NCBI GenBank assembly: GCA_965218795.1
Contig: OZ244653.1
Span: forward strand, 1,568,001-1,632,000
Reading direction: 5' to 3'
Length of the DNA stretch: 64,000 nt
DNA from: a bacterium
GTDB taxonomy: Bacteria > UBA8248 > JACPRG01 > G963555815
This document shows, one piece after another, positions 51,048 to 60,674 of the stretch. The position numbers and the translations under genes are program-made. Numbering within the stretch: the stretch's first letter is position 1; the number at the start of each line of letters is the position of its first letter. The notes under the pieces are model-generated. The model was given only the letters and a program-made list of their open reading frames with translations. It was not told the DNA's origin and made no database searches.

Positions 51048-53345
51048 ATGTCCGACGTTCCATACATCGGCGAAAACGTTGTCCGCGAGGACGGATGGGA
51101 GAAGAGCACCGGTTCGGCGCGATACGCCACGGACGTTCGCCTTGAAGATGCGCTCACTGTCAAAATTTTGAGAAGTCCCCGTCCGCACGCCCGCATCCGC
51201 TCTTTGGACGTCGCGTCCGCCCAACAGGTCGGCGGGGTGGAGGCCGTTGTCACGGGACAGGATTATCCGGACATCTTCTGGGGCACGTTCCTCCGGGACC
51301 AGAACGTCTTCGCCGTCGACAAGGTGCGCTTTGCCGGTCAGCCGGTGGCCGCCGTCGCCGGAGGAGACCCGGACGCTCTGGCGGAGGCCCTGGAGCGCAT
51401 TGCGATCGACTACGAGGACCTCCCCGCCGTGTTCGACGCCCGCGAGGCCATGGAGCCCGGCGCCCCCATCCTCCACGAGCGGCTGGGCGACTACCAGCGA
51501 AACGAAGCGTTCGTTTTTCCCAAACCGGACACGAACATTTGCAACCACTTTCGGTTGCACAAGGGAGACGTTGAAGAGGGATTCCGGAAAGCGGAGCTCC
51601 TCTTCGAAGACGCCTACGAAGTTCCGATGGTGCAACATTGCCCGATGGAGCCTCACACCTGCACCGCCCTGTATGAACCCGGCGGAAGGCTGAACCTCTG
51701 GGCGTCGACGCAGGGTCCGCACCTCGTGCGCAGGCAGGTGGCCGAGGCGTTGGGATTCGAGCTTTCCCGGGTCCGGGTCGTGGCGCCTTATTGCGGGGGC
51801 GGATTCGGAGGCAAGATCAGCGCCATCGCCGAGCTCCTGGCCTCCGCGGTCGCCCTCAAGCTGCCCGGCCGGCCCGTTCAATTGATCTTCGATCGGGAGG
51901 AGGAGTTCGGGGGTTCCTTCGTCCGGCAGGCGTTCCTGTGCGAATACAAAACCGGGGTCCTGAAGGATGGGACCCTCGTCGCGCGGCAGGTGAAGCTGAT
52001 CTGGGACGCGGGGGCGTTCGGAGATTATGAGGCCTCGATCTGCCGAACGGCCGGTTCCAATGCCGCCGGACCCTATCGCATCCCGAATGTCCGGATCGAC
52101 TCTTACTGTGTCTATACCAACAAGCCGGTGGCCGGCGCGTTTCGTGGCTTCGGCGTCTCGGAGGTCTGCTTCGGCTACGAGCAGCAACTCGACCGGATCG
52201 CCTCGGAGATCGGCATCGATCCCCTCGAAATAAGGCTCAGGAACGGATTTCAGGAGGGGGAGGAGCACGCGATGGGGCAACCGCTCGTCGGTGTCGGGCT
52301 GGCGGAATGCCTCGAGAAGGTCCGCGAGGCGCTCGGGCCATTGGAGCCCCTCCCTTCCGCGGATGGCGGGAAAACCCTGCGCGGCCGCGGGATCGCCTGC
52401 ATGAGCAAGACCACCGCCGGTGCAGCCTTTGCGGACGCCGAAATCGAGATTCAACGGGACGGCTCCATTCTCCTGCGAACGAGCGCGGTGGAGCACGGAC
52501 AGGGTTCCCACACGATCCTCCGGCAGATGGCCGCCGCCGAGATGGGCTGTGAGATCTCTTCGGTTGCCGTCGCGTCCATCGACACCGATTCCAGCCCGCC
52601 GACCTCCCAAACCTCGGCCAGCAAGACCACCTTTTTCGACGGCAACGCCGTCCGGCTGGCGGCCGCGGACGCCCGGCGGCGGATTCTCGACAAAGCCTCT
52701 GAAGCGCTGGAAGCCGATCCCGCGGATCTGTCCGTCGAAAAAGGGAGGATCTTCTCCAGAGGGGCCCCTGAGCGGAGCATCTCCATCGCCGCAATCGCAG
52801 AGGGGGCGGAAACCATCCGGGGGCGAGGGTCGTTCAGGCTGGAGGACGCCACCGGAATGGACCCGGAGACCGGCCAGGGAAAGCGTCCGGCCGCTTATCT
52901 GATGTTCGCCGCGCAAGGGGCCGAAGTCGAGGTCGATGTGGAGACCGGCCGGTTCAGAGTCTTGAGGCTCGTGGCCGCGCACGACGTAGGCCAGGCCATC
53001 CACAGGCAGGCGTGCGAAGGGCAGATTGAAGGAGCCCTAGTGCAGGGTCTCGGCACAGCGATGTTCGAGGAGCTCCAGTGCGAACAGGGCGTTCTCACGA
53101 ACGGCAACCTGGGCGATTACAAAATTCCCTGCGCCCTGGACGCCCCGCCACTGGTCCCGATCATTGTCGAGGAACCGATCCCGGACGGTCCCTGGGGGGC
53201 GAAGGGAATCGGCGAACCGGGGCTCGTCCCGACGGCGCCGGCCATCGGCAACGCCTTGTTCGCTGCCCTCGGCCGGCCGATCAAGCGCCTGCCGTTCACG
53301 CCGGATAAGATTCTTTCGGCGCTGGGCGACCCCCTGAAAGCCTGA
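51048..53345 (+). CDS. Xanthine dehydrogenase family molybdopterin-binding subunit
   Basis: RSPRPHA, GGGFGGK, AFRGFG, EHGQG, GQIEG, GAKGIGEP. Confidence 0.93.
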   Translation: MSDVPYIGENVVREDGWEKSTGSARYATDVRLEDALTVKILRSPRPHARIRSLDVASAQQVGGVEAVVTGQDYPDIFWGTFLRDQNVFAVDKVRFAGQPVAAVAGGDPDALAEALERIAIDYEDLPAVFDAREAMEPGAPILHERLGDYQRNEAFVFPKPDTNICNHFRLHKGDVEEGFRKAELLFEDAYEVPMVQHCPMEPHTCTALYEPGGRLNLWASTQGPHLVRRQVAEALGFELSRVRVVAPYCGGGFGGKISAIAELLASAVALKLPGRPVQLIFDREEEFGGSFVRQAFLCEYKTGVLKDGTLVARQVKLIWDAGAFGDYEASICRTAGSNAAGPYRIPNVRIDSYCVYTNKPVAGAFRGFGVSEVCFGYEQQLDRIASEIGIDPLEIRLRNGFQEGEEHAMGQPLVGVGLAECLEKVREALGPLEPLPSADGGKTLRGRGIACMSKTTAGAAFADAEIEIQRDGSILLRTSAVEHGQGSHTILRQMAAAEMGCEISSVAVASIDTDSSPPTSQTSASKTTFFDGNAVRLAAADARRRILDKASEALEADPADLSVEKGRIFSRGAPERSISIAAIAEGAETIRGRGSFRLEDATGMDPETGQGKRPAAYLMFAAQGAEVEVDVETGRFRVLRLVAAHDVGQAIHRQACEGQIEGALVQGLGTAMFEELQCEQGVLTNGNLGDYKIPCALDAPPLVPIIVEEPIPDGPWGAKGIGEPGLVPTAPAIGNALFAALGRPIKRLPFTPDKILSALGDPLKA

Positions 53346-53402
53346 ACCCGATCCCGGCCCCCCCGCGCGGGCGCCGGGAACCCATCAGAGGGCGATTCCG
53401 TC

Positions 53403-54191
53403 ATGCCCAAGGTTTCGGTCAACGGCATCGAGGTTTATTACGAGGTCCAAGGCGAAGGCGCGCCGGTCATGCTGATCATGGGGCTGAGCGGCGTCGGTGC
53501 GGCGTGGGGGGAACAGATTCAGCGGTTCGCCGAGGACTTCCGGGTCATCGTACCGGATCACAGAGGAACCGGCCGGACCAGCAAACCGGAGGAAGGCTAT
53601 ACCATCGAGCAGCACGCTTCGGACATGGCCGAAACCCTTCGCGCCATCGGGCAGTCGCCCGCGCACGTCGTGGGCACCTCAACAGGCGGAGCGATCGCGC
53701 AGGTGATAGCGCTGGACTACCCGGACGTCGTCCGATCGGCCGTCCTCTCTTCCACGTGGGCGAAGACCGACGCATACTACGGACGCGCGCTCGAGATCAG
53801 AAAACGGGCGCTCGAGGAATCCGGTGATCGGGCCTACACCGAAGTGTCCGCTCTCTATTTCTGGTCCGCGAGGTATATCCGGGAAAACCCGGCGGTGGTC
53901 GCCCAATGGGTTGAAGATCGCGTGCGGAACCCCGCCGACCCGGCCATCCTGGCCAAGCGAATCGACATGCTCAGCCGGCACGATGCGCTCCACCGGCTGG
54001 GCGAGGTTCGCAAGCCGGTCCTCGTCATCTCAGGTGAAGACGACACGTGCATGCCCCCCTACTTCTCCGAGGAATTAGCGAATGGAATCCCCGACGCGGA
54101 GCTGGCCATGCTGAGCGGCGGTCACCTTCTGTTCAACGAATCGCCGGAGGCCTTCCACGCGCGTGTGAGAGAGTTCCTGATTCAGCATTGA
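53403..54191 (+). CDS. Alpha/beta fold hydrolase (RutD/enol-lactonase-like)
   Basis: DHRGTG, GTSTGG, GEDD, GGH. Confidence 0.88.
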   Translation: MPKVSVNGIEVYYEVQGEGAPVMLIMGLSGVGAAWGEQIQRFAEDFRVIVPDHRGTGRTSKPEEGYTIEQHASDMAETLRAIGQSPAHVVGTSTGGAIAQVIALDYPDVVRSAVLSSTWAKTDAYYGRALEIRKRALEESGDRAYTEVSALYFWSARYIRENPAVVAQWVEDRVRNPADPAILAKRIDMLSRHDALHRLGEVRKPVLVISGEDDTCMPPYFSEELANGIPDAELAMLSGGHLLFNESPEAFHARVREFLIQH

Positions 54192-54219
54192 ACGGAGGCG
54201 GCCGCTTTTCGCAACCGCC

Positions 54220-55026
54220 TCAGAGGGTGCTGATTTCATCGGCCCGTTTGTCCGTGATGAAACAGCAAGCCGAGTAGTGGGAAATCATGAAATCGGTCTT
54301 CGACTCCAGGGCGACGGCCTGAGGCGTACACCCGCAGGCCCAGAAGACGGGGACATCGGACGAGTCATCCATGTTACGGTCAATGTGGTATTTGGCATCG
54401 TTGAGATCCGCGCCTCCATCGACGCCCAGCTCGCGCGGATCGCCGATATGCACCGGAGCGCCGTGGGCGAACGGATATCGTGAGGTGATCTGAACGACCC
54501 GCACCAGGTTTTCCGGGGGAACCATTCTCATGGTGACCAACAAGGGGCCCGCAAAACGGCCCGCGGAAACACATGGAACCTTCGTCGAATACAGGGAGCT
54601 TGGTTTCAGAGGAATACCGGCTTTTCGCATCGCCCCCGCATAAGAAAAACTGCACCCGATAAGAAATCCCACCAGGTCATCCCGCCAGTAGCCGGTGATG
54701 TCCGTCACATCATCGATGCGCTCTCCTTTTTGGTACACGCTGTATTTGGGCAGGTCCGTGCGCAGATCGGCGCCGGGGGCCATGGATTTCAGGATGGGAG
54801 ACCCGACGTCGGTCACCTCGATGACGGGACAGGGCTTCGGGTTTCGCTGGCAGAAAAGAAGGAAGTCGAACACATCCCGGCGCGGAAGAATGACCAGATT
54901 GGCCTGGACGTAGCCTCCCGCCAAACCCTCCGTTCTATCCGTCCACAACCCCTTCCGGATGAGGCCCCGAATCTCTCCGGGGGGAAGTCCCGCAATATCC
55001 CTTTTCTCAAGCGTCGCCGTCGCCAT
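54220..55026 (-). CDS. DUF1445 family putative hydro-lyase (D-glutamate cyclase/YcsI-like)
   Basis: VQANLVILP, FCQRNPKPCP, DLRTDLPKY, GCSFS, HGAPVHIG, VFWACG.TPQ. Confidence 0.9.
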   Translation of the reverse strand: MATATLEKRDIAGLPPGEIRGLIRKGLWTDRTEGLAGGYVQANLVILPRRDVFDFLLFCQRNPKPCPVIEVTDVGSPILKSMAPGADLRTDLPKYSVYQKGERIDDVTDITGYWRDDLVGFLIGCSFSYAGAMRKAGIPLKPSSLYSTKVPCVSAGRFAGPLLVTMRMVPPENLVRVVQITSRYPFAHGAPVHIGDPRELGVDGGADLNDAKYHIDRNMDDSSDVPVFWACGCTPQAVALESKTDFMISHYSACCFITDKRADEISTL

Positions 55027-55119
55027 TTCCCGATCCCCTTGATCCATGGGTTTCGTAAGACTCGAATCGGATTCGGATTTCGTCATGGTTTGATTCTACC
55101 CCGTTTCCGGTTCGTGCGT

Positions 55120-57261
55120 TCATTCATCCCGGAGACCCGGCGCCCCTCGGGGGACAACCAGAGCGTCCACCGCAATGACCCCGCGTCCCTCCGGCGCCAC
55201 TATGAGCGGGTTGATGTCCAGTTCATGAAGCGCCTCGCCATACATGCACCCGATTTCAGACAGCGTGATGAGGGCTTGAATCACAGAACCACGGTCGTAG
55301 GGACCGCTGCCCCGAAAACTTCCCAGCACGTTTGTGCCCCTCAACTCATCCAGCATCTCTTCCGCGTCGAGCTCCGTGATCGGAAGCAGCCTCAGGGAAA
55401 CATCCTCCACGACCTCGGCCAGCACGCCCCCCATGCCGACGAGAATCGCCTTGCCGAACTGGGGGTCCGTCCCCAACCCGACAATGAGCTCCACCCCGGC
55501 CGGGACCTGCTCCTGCACCAGGACGCCGTTGACCCGCGCATCGGGTTTGAACCGGCGGACGGCGTCCAGAATCTCCCGATACGCCAACCGGACTTCATCT
55601 TCTGTCTTCAGCCCCAGCCGCACGGCGCCGGCCTCAGTCTTATGAGGGAGGTCGGGCGAGTCCGCTTTCAGAACCACGGGAAAACCCAGGCCCGCCGCAA
55701 TCCGGACGGCATCCTCCCCGGATTCCGCAACCCCTTCCCGGGTGACGGGTATACCGCACCGCCGCAGGACTTCCTTGCTCTCTCTCTCCGACAGGGGACC
55801 CGTTGCGTCCCGGAGCCGGGAGACCACGTCGGGTTCCGGATGGGCAGGCGGCCGCGAATCGGGAGTCTCCCGTCTCCCGGCCCTCTCGGCGAACCGGATT
55901 GCGTTGTGCACGGCCCGAAGGCTCGGCGCCAGTCCGAGCAAAAGGGGGACGCCCCCTTCCCCGAGGGTCCGCTGCATGTCCGGATCCATGGCCCCGCCGA
56001 ACTGCGTGAACTGGACGACCGGCTTGTCGGTGGACCGGGACACCCGGACGACGGACTCACAGATCCGATGGTAATTCTTTTTGGACCGGGGGCCGAGCCC
56101 GGACAGCACGTCGTGCAGCACGGCGATGGAATAGATCCCGGGATCTTCGGCAAGGGCGCGAAGGGATTCCTCATAGAGGTCCTCGTGGTAAACGCCGACA
56201 CCGGTGATATCGAGCGGGTTCGAGGCGGTTCCGAATTCAGGAAGGATGCCGGACAGGCGGCGAGAGGTCGCCGGAGTGAGGTCCGGCAGGTTCAATCCGA
56301 GGTCTTCCGCGAAATCGCAGACGAGCGCGGACTGGCCGCCGGAGAGGGTGGCAACGCCCAGTCCGCTTCCCGCGGGGGACCGTCCCTGGGAAAGGAACCC
56401 GAGCGTGGCCAACTGCTCGTCCAGGTCGGAAACCTGAATGACCCCCTTCTGCGCGAAGAGTCCCCGGTAGACCCGCTCCGTTCCGGCAAGCGCCCCTGTG
56501 TGGGCCAAAGAGGCGCGCCTTCCCGTCTCGGACCTGCCCGCCTTCAAGGCGACCACCGGCTTCCCCGCCTCCTTCGCATGATCCAGGGCCTCCAGGAACC
56601 GTTTCGGGTTCCGCACTCCCTCGAGAAACAGGGCGATGCAGGTCGTCTGCGGGTCGTCCACGAGATAGCAAAGGTATTCGCCGCAGGTGACATCCGCTTC
56701 ATTGCCGGCCGAGATGATATGGCTGAACCCCAGATCGGACCGCGCGTTGATCCATCCGATGCTGATCGTCCCGCTTTGGGCAATCGCTCCGATCCCTCCC
56801 GCCTTCGGCATTTCTTGCAGGGAAGCGCTGAACGCCGCCATTCCCCCATTGACGTTGATGAGGCCCAGGCAGTTGGGGCCGCACACGCGGATCCCCAAAT
56901 CCCCGGCAATCGACGCCGCCTCCGTTTCAAGGGCTTCGCCCGAGGGTCCCGCCTCCCGGAAACCCGCGGACAGAAGGATGGCCGAACCGACCCGGCCCGG
57001 CGGGATCTTCCGGAGGGCCGGCACCACCGCGTCAGCCGGAATGGCCAGAACGGCGAGATCGACCGGTTGCGGAATTCTCGAAAGGTCGGGAAAGCACGGC
57101 AAGTCCGATACCGACTCGTACTTGGGGTTGACGGGGAAGACGGGACCTCTGAACCCGACCGTGCGAAGGTTGTCAAGGACGGTTTTCCCCGTACCCGGCT
57201 GTCCACTCGCTCCCACGACTGCCACCGACCGGGGATTCATGAGCGGCTGAAGTCCGGACAT
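55120..57261 (-). CDS. Acetate/acyl-CoA ligase (ADP-forming) family protein
   Basis: PRSVAVVGAS, GPNCLG, AHTGALAG, NPLD, HKTEAGAV, LDINPL. Confidence 0.92.
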   Translation of the reverse strand: MSGLQPLMNPRSVAVVGASGQPGTGKTVLDNLRTVGFRGPVFPVNPKYESVSDLPCFPDLSRIPQPVDLAVLAIPADAVVPALRKIPPGRVGSAILLSAGFREAGPSGEALETEAASIAGDLGIRVCGPNCLGLINVNGGMAAFSASLQEMPKAGGIGAIAQSGTISIGWINARSDLGFSHIISAGNEADVTCGEYLCYLVDDPQTTCIALFLEGVRNPKRFLEALDHAKEAGKPVVALKAGRSETGRRASLAHTGALAGTERVYRGLFAQKGVIQVSDLDEQLATLGFLSQGRSPAGSGLGVATLSGGQSALVCDFAEDLGLNLPDLTPATSRRLSGILPEFGTASNPLDITGVGVYHEDLYEESLRALAEDPGIYSIAVLHDVLSGLGPRSKKNYHRICESVVRVSRSTDKPVVQFTQFGGAMDPDMQRTLGEGGVPLLLGLAPSLRAVHNAIRFAERAGRRETPDSRPPAHPEPDVVSRLRDATGPLSERESKEVLRRCGIPVTREGVAESGEDAVRIAAGLGFPVVLKADSPDLPHKTEAGAVRLGLKTEDEVRLAYREILDAVRRFKPDARVNGVLVQEQVPAGVELIVGLGTDPQFGKAILVGMGGVLAEVVEDVSLRLLPITELDAEEMLDELRGTNVLGSFRGSGPYDRGSVIQALITLSEIGCMYGEALHELDINPLIVAPEGRGVIAVDALVVPRGAPGLRDE

Positions 57262-57421
57262 TCCCCGTTGACCTCTCATCGAGCGGTAGCCGACCGCCCT
57301 TACCAGGACCCCAACGATCCATGCCGGATCAGGGGAGGCATTCTAAAAAAACCGCACCCTGTACGCCTCGAGAACCTTGTCCCGTGCGAACATGTCTCCG
57401 CAATTGTCCGCCGGACCGGGG

Positions 57422-58411
57422 CTAACGAAACCGCGGGAAGATCTTTTCGCCGTACGTGCGGATGAGTTGTATCGAGCTCGCCGTAATGGGGAGGACGAAC
57501 ACTTCATCCAACCCCTGTTCCCGCAACATCAGGAGTTTGTCCAGGCACTCCTCGGCGTCCCCGGCCAGGGCGAAGCGATCGATCCATTCATCCTTGACCC
57601 GAGCGGAATGGGAGGCTCCGGCCTGAAGGTGACCCGAAAGGGAATACGCGGCTCGAAACGACCGGACCTCCTCTTCGGTGAACCCGCTCAGCGACCTCGG
57701 CAGCGGGGCCAGCACCCGGCGCGCCACGTAGGACTTGACGTTTTCCCGCGCGCTTTTCCGATCGTGAGAAATATCGCATCCGACGTGCAACACGATCTCC
57801 ACGTCGCCCGGGTTTCGGCCCGACGCCTCCGCACCTTGTCTCACGGAATCCTTCACGTATTGGAGTATCTCCGGCGCAACACCGGTGGACGCGATGGCCC
57901 CGTCGGCGCACCGACCCGCCGCGCGCAGCATTTTCGGACCGTTGGCCGCCAGGTAGATGGGGATATCCCGCCCTTGATGGTAGACGAATCGGTCAATTTC
58001 TTCCCCCTCGAACGTCCCGTCCTCTCCCGAGAGGAGAGAGCGAACGCAACGGACCGCCTCTTCGCATTTCTTGGCCGGGAGAGGCGACCGGTGAAGGTAT
58101 CCCACCGACGTATCCCCCGCGCCCATACCCAGCAGGATCCGGCCCGGCCAAGTCTCATCCAGCGTGGCAACGGACCGCGCGGTGACGGACAGATGCCGCG
58201 TAACCGCGTTCGTCACGCCGGTTCCAAGCCCGATCCGCCCGGTTCGCTCGGCGCACAGCGTCAGCGTGACGTAGACGTCCCGAAACAGGCCCTGTGAATC
58301 GATGATCCAGGCACGGTCAAATCCCGCCGCTTCCGCTTCCTGAACCGCCTCAACCACCTTGCGGGCGGATATCTTGCTCTCCGCGGGAAAGATCCCGATG
58401 CCGAATCGCAT
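57422..58411 (-). CDS. LLM class flavin/F420-dependent oxidoreductase (Mer-like)
   Basis: AWIIDSQ, GTGVTN..TRH, LGMGAGD, PIYLAANGPKML. Confidence 0.88.
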   Translation of the reverse strand: MRFGIGIFPAESKISARKVVEAVQEAEAAGFDRAWIIDSQGLFRDVYVTLTLCAERTGRIGLGTGVTNAVTRHLSVTARSVATLDETWPGRILLGMGAGDTSVGYLHRSPLPAKKCEEAVRCVRSLLSGEDGTFEGEEIDRFVYHQGRDIPIYLAANGPKMLRAAGRCADGAIASTGVAPEILQYVKDSVRQGAEASGRNPGDVEIVLHVGCDISHDRKSARENVKSYVARRVLAPLPRSLSGFTEEEVRSFRAAYSLSGHLQAGASHSARVKDEWIDRFALAGDAEECLDKLLMLREQGLDEVFVLPITASSIQLIRTYGEKIFPRFR

Positions 58412-58577
58412 ATGCGACCGCCTTTATTCTTCTGAGGATATGAAAACACGGGCGAAAAATTGAACCCGGGCCCCTTTACTTCCCGGACGGGTTCCGCACG
58501 TTGGCCGGGATAGTTTAAGCTAGCTCCGCACCCAGGGTCCATGAAAGCATTCAAAACCCGTCGGGAGGAAAAAACCT

Positions 58578-60674
58578 TTGGCGGATTCCGTTCGGATAGG
58601 CGTGGATGTGGGCGGGACCTTCACCGATGTCGTGGTCGTCCGGGACAGGACCGGCGAGGTCGTCTCGCTGAAGGTGCCCAGCTCGCCGGAGGACCTGCTC
58701 CGGGGAATCTTCGCCGGACTGGAGAAGGCTGCGGCTTCGTTTGGAATGGGGCCCACACAGTTCCTCGGGGAAACCGCGTCATTTGTTCACGGAACCACGG
58801 TATGCACCAATCTCATGGTCCAGCGCAAAGGCGCCCGGGTCGGACTCCTGACCACCGAAGGCTTCCGGGATTCCCTGGCCATCCGCCGGGGGATGCGCAA
58901 ATCCATATGGGACATGAAGGCCCCTTCCCCCCCGGCGCTCGTCCCCCGGAATTTGCGGCTCGAGGTCCGGGAGAGGATGACCCCGGAGGGAGAGCCCACC
59001 GTCCCTCTGGACACGAAGAGCGTCCAGGCCGCGCTCGAAATCTTCGAGCGGGAAGGCGTGGAGGCCATCGCCGTCTGCCTGTTCAACGCATACGCCAACG
59101 GGGGCCATGAGGAGATCATTCGGGAAGCCGCCGTGGAGGCTTTCCCCGACATTCCCGTTCTCATCTCCTCTGAAGTCCTCCCGGTGATGGGGGAGTATGA
59201 GCGCGTTTCGACGACCGTTATCAACGCTTACGTCGCTCCCGGCGCGGCTTCCTATCTGGATGCGTTCAACGAAGCCCTTCAAGCGAAAGGATTGAAGGTC
59301 CCGCCGCAGATCATGCATGGAAACGGCGGGGTCACCGACATCCCGAGCAGTGTTCTGAAACCGGGCTCGCTGATTCTGTCCGGCCCGGCCGCCGTGGCGG
59401 CGGCGGCGCTGTGGGCGGGAGAAGTTCTCGGCGCGCCGAACCTCATCGTATTCGATATGGGGGGCACAAGCTGCGACGTCTCGGTCGTGGCGGACGGGCG
59501 AATCTCCCTGTTCGATGGGATGGAGATCGAAGGCTACCACCTTGCGGCGCCGTCGCTGGAAATCCACACGATCGGGACAGGCGGCGGTACCATCGCAAGC
59601 GTTGATCCGGGGGGGATGCTTCGCGTCGGGCCTCAAGGGGCCGGGGCCGATCCCGGACCGGCAGCCTACGGCCGGGGCGGGGAACAGCCCACGGTGACGG
59701 ACGCCCATCTGATACTGGGCCGATTGGAGGGCGATAATCTTTCCGAAAGCGGGATATCGCTCGACCGGGATAAGGCGGAATCGGCCGTTCGATCCAAAAT
59801 CGCCGAGCCTCTCGGGATTTCAACGCCCGAAGCCGCGATGGCCATCGTCAGGGTCGCCAATCAAAACATGATCGGCGCCATCGAGTTGATGAGCGTTCAA
59901 AAGGGGCGAGACCCGCGTCATTTCACCCTGATTGCCGCCGGGGGCGCGGGTCCTTTGCATGCCTGCGCGATGGCGAGAGCCTTGGGGGTCTCGGGCGTCT
60001 TCGTACCCCGTCACGCCGCCGTCTTCAGCGCCCTGGGCCTTCTCCATGCCGACCTGAGAAGGGACTACGTCCAGAATTTCCACGGTGAAATGAGGGACAT
60101 CCCTCTGGAGAAACTCAGGGCGGCCTTCGGGGGGATCCGCGATACCGCCGCCAGGGACATCGAACGCACGGGCGTTTCCCGCGATCGTATCCGGATGATT
60201 TTTCAGGCGGACCTGCGCTACGAGGGGCAGCATTGGGACATCCCCGTCGACATTCCGGATCTCGATCATCCCCGGACCTTGGAGAATCTCTCGGCCGGCT
60301 TCCATGCTCGACATGAAATTCTTTACGGCCACCGGGACCCGGAAAGCGGTATCGAGTTTTCCAACCTCAGGCTGGCCGCCATTGTTCCGACCCCTCCCGT
60401 ATCTCTCGGCGGACGGAAGCCGCCGGACTCATCCGGCGCGGCTCCCCCCGTCGGAAGCCGGGAGGTCTTCCTGGACGGGCATGCGCCTCCGGTTCAGGTT
60501 CCCGTGTTCCGCGGGCGCTCACTCCCGGAGGGTTTCCAAACGCCCGGCCCGGCCCTGATAGAGGAAACCGATACGGTGGTATGGTTGGAGGCGGGGGATT
60601 CCCTCGAAGTGGACGCCGACGGCAACTATCACATTCGCATCGGCGCGGCCGCCGAAACGGACAAACCGCGATGA
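58578..60674 (+). CDS. Hydantoinase/oxoprolinase A subunit
   Basis: GVDVGGTFTD, HGTT, LSGPA, DMGGTSCD, GADPGP, PTVTDA. Confidence 0.93.
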   Translation: MADSVRIGVDVGGTFTDVVVVRDRTGEVVSLKVPSSPEDLLRGIFAGLEKAAASFGMGPTQFLGETASFVHGTTVCTNLMVQRKGARVGLLTTEGFRDSLAIRRGMRKSIWDMKAPSPPALVPRNLRLEVRERMTPEGEPTVPLDTKSVQAALEIFEREGVEAIAVCLFNAYANGGHEEIIREAAVEAFPDIPVLISSEVLPVMGEYERVSTTVINAYVAPGAASYLDAFNEALQAKGLKVPPQIMHGNGGVTDIPSSVLKPGSLILSGPAAVAAAALWAGEVLGAPNLIVFDMGGTSCDVSVVADGRISLFDGMEIEGYHLAAPSLEIHTIGTGGGTIASVDPGGMLRVGPQGAGADPGPAAYGRGGEQPTVTDAHLILGRLEGDNLSESGISLDRDKAESAVRSKIAEPLGISTPEAAMAIVRVANQNMIGAIELMSVQKGRDPRHFTLIAAGGAGPLHACAMARALGVSGVFVPRHAAVFSALGLLHADLRRDYVQNFHGEMRDIPLEKLRAAFGGIRDTAARDIERTGVSRDRIRMIFQADLRYEGQHWDIPVDIPDLDHPRTLENLSAGFHARHEILYGHRDPESGIEFSNLRLAAIVPTPPVSLGGRKPPDSSGAAPPVGSREVFLDGHAPPVQVPVFRGRSLPEGFQTPGPALIEETDTVVWLEAGDSLEVDADGNYHIRIGAAAETDKPR

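Noticed and set aside
54730-57465. 911-aa plus-strand ORF and other long antisense ORFs (e.g. 9066-10913, 13962-15944, 23348-25207, 50976-53003)
   Set aside because: Shadow frames opposite well-supported genes in high-GC DNA
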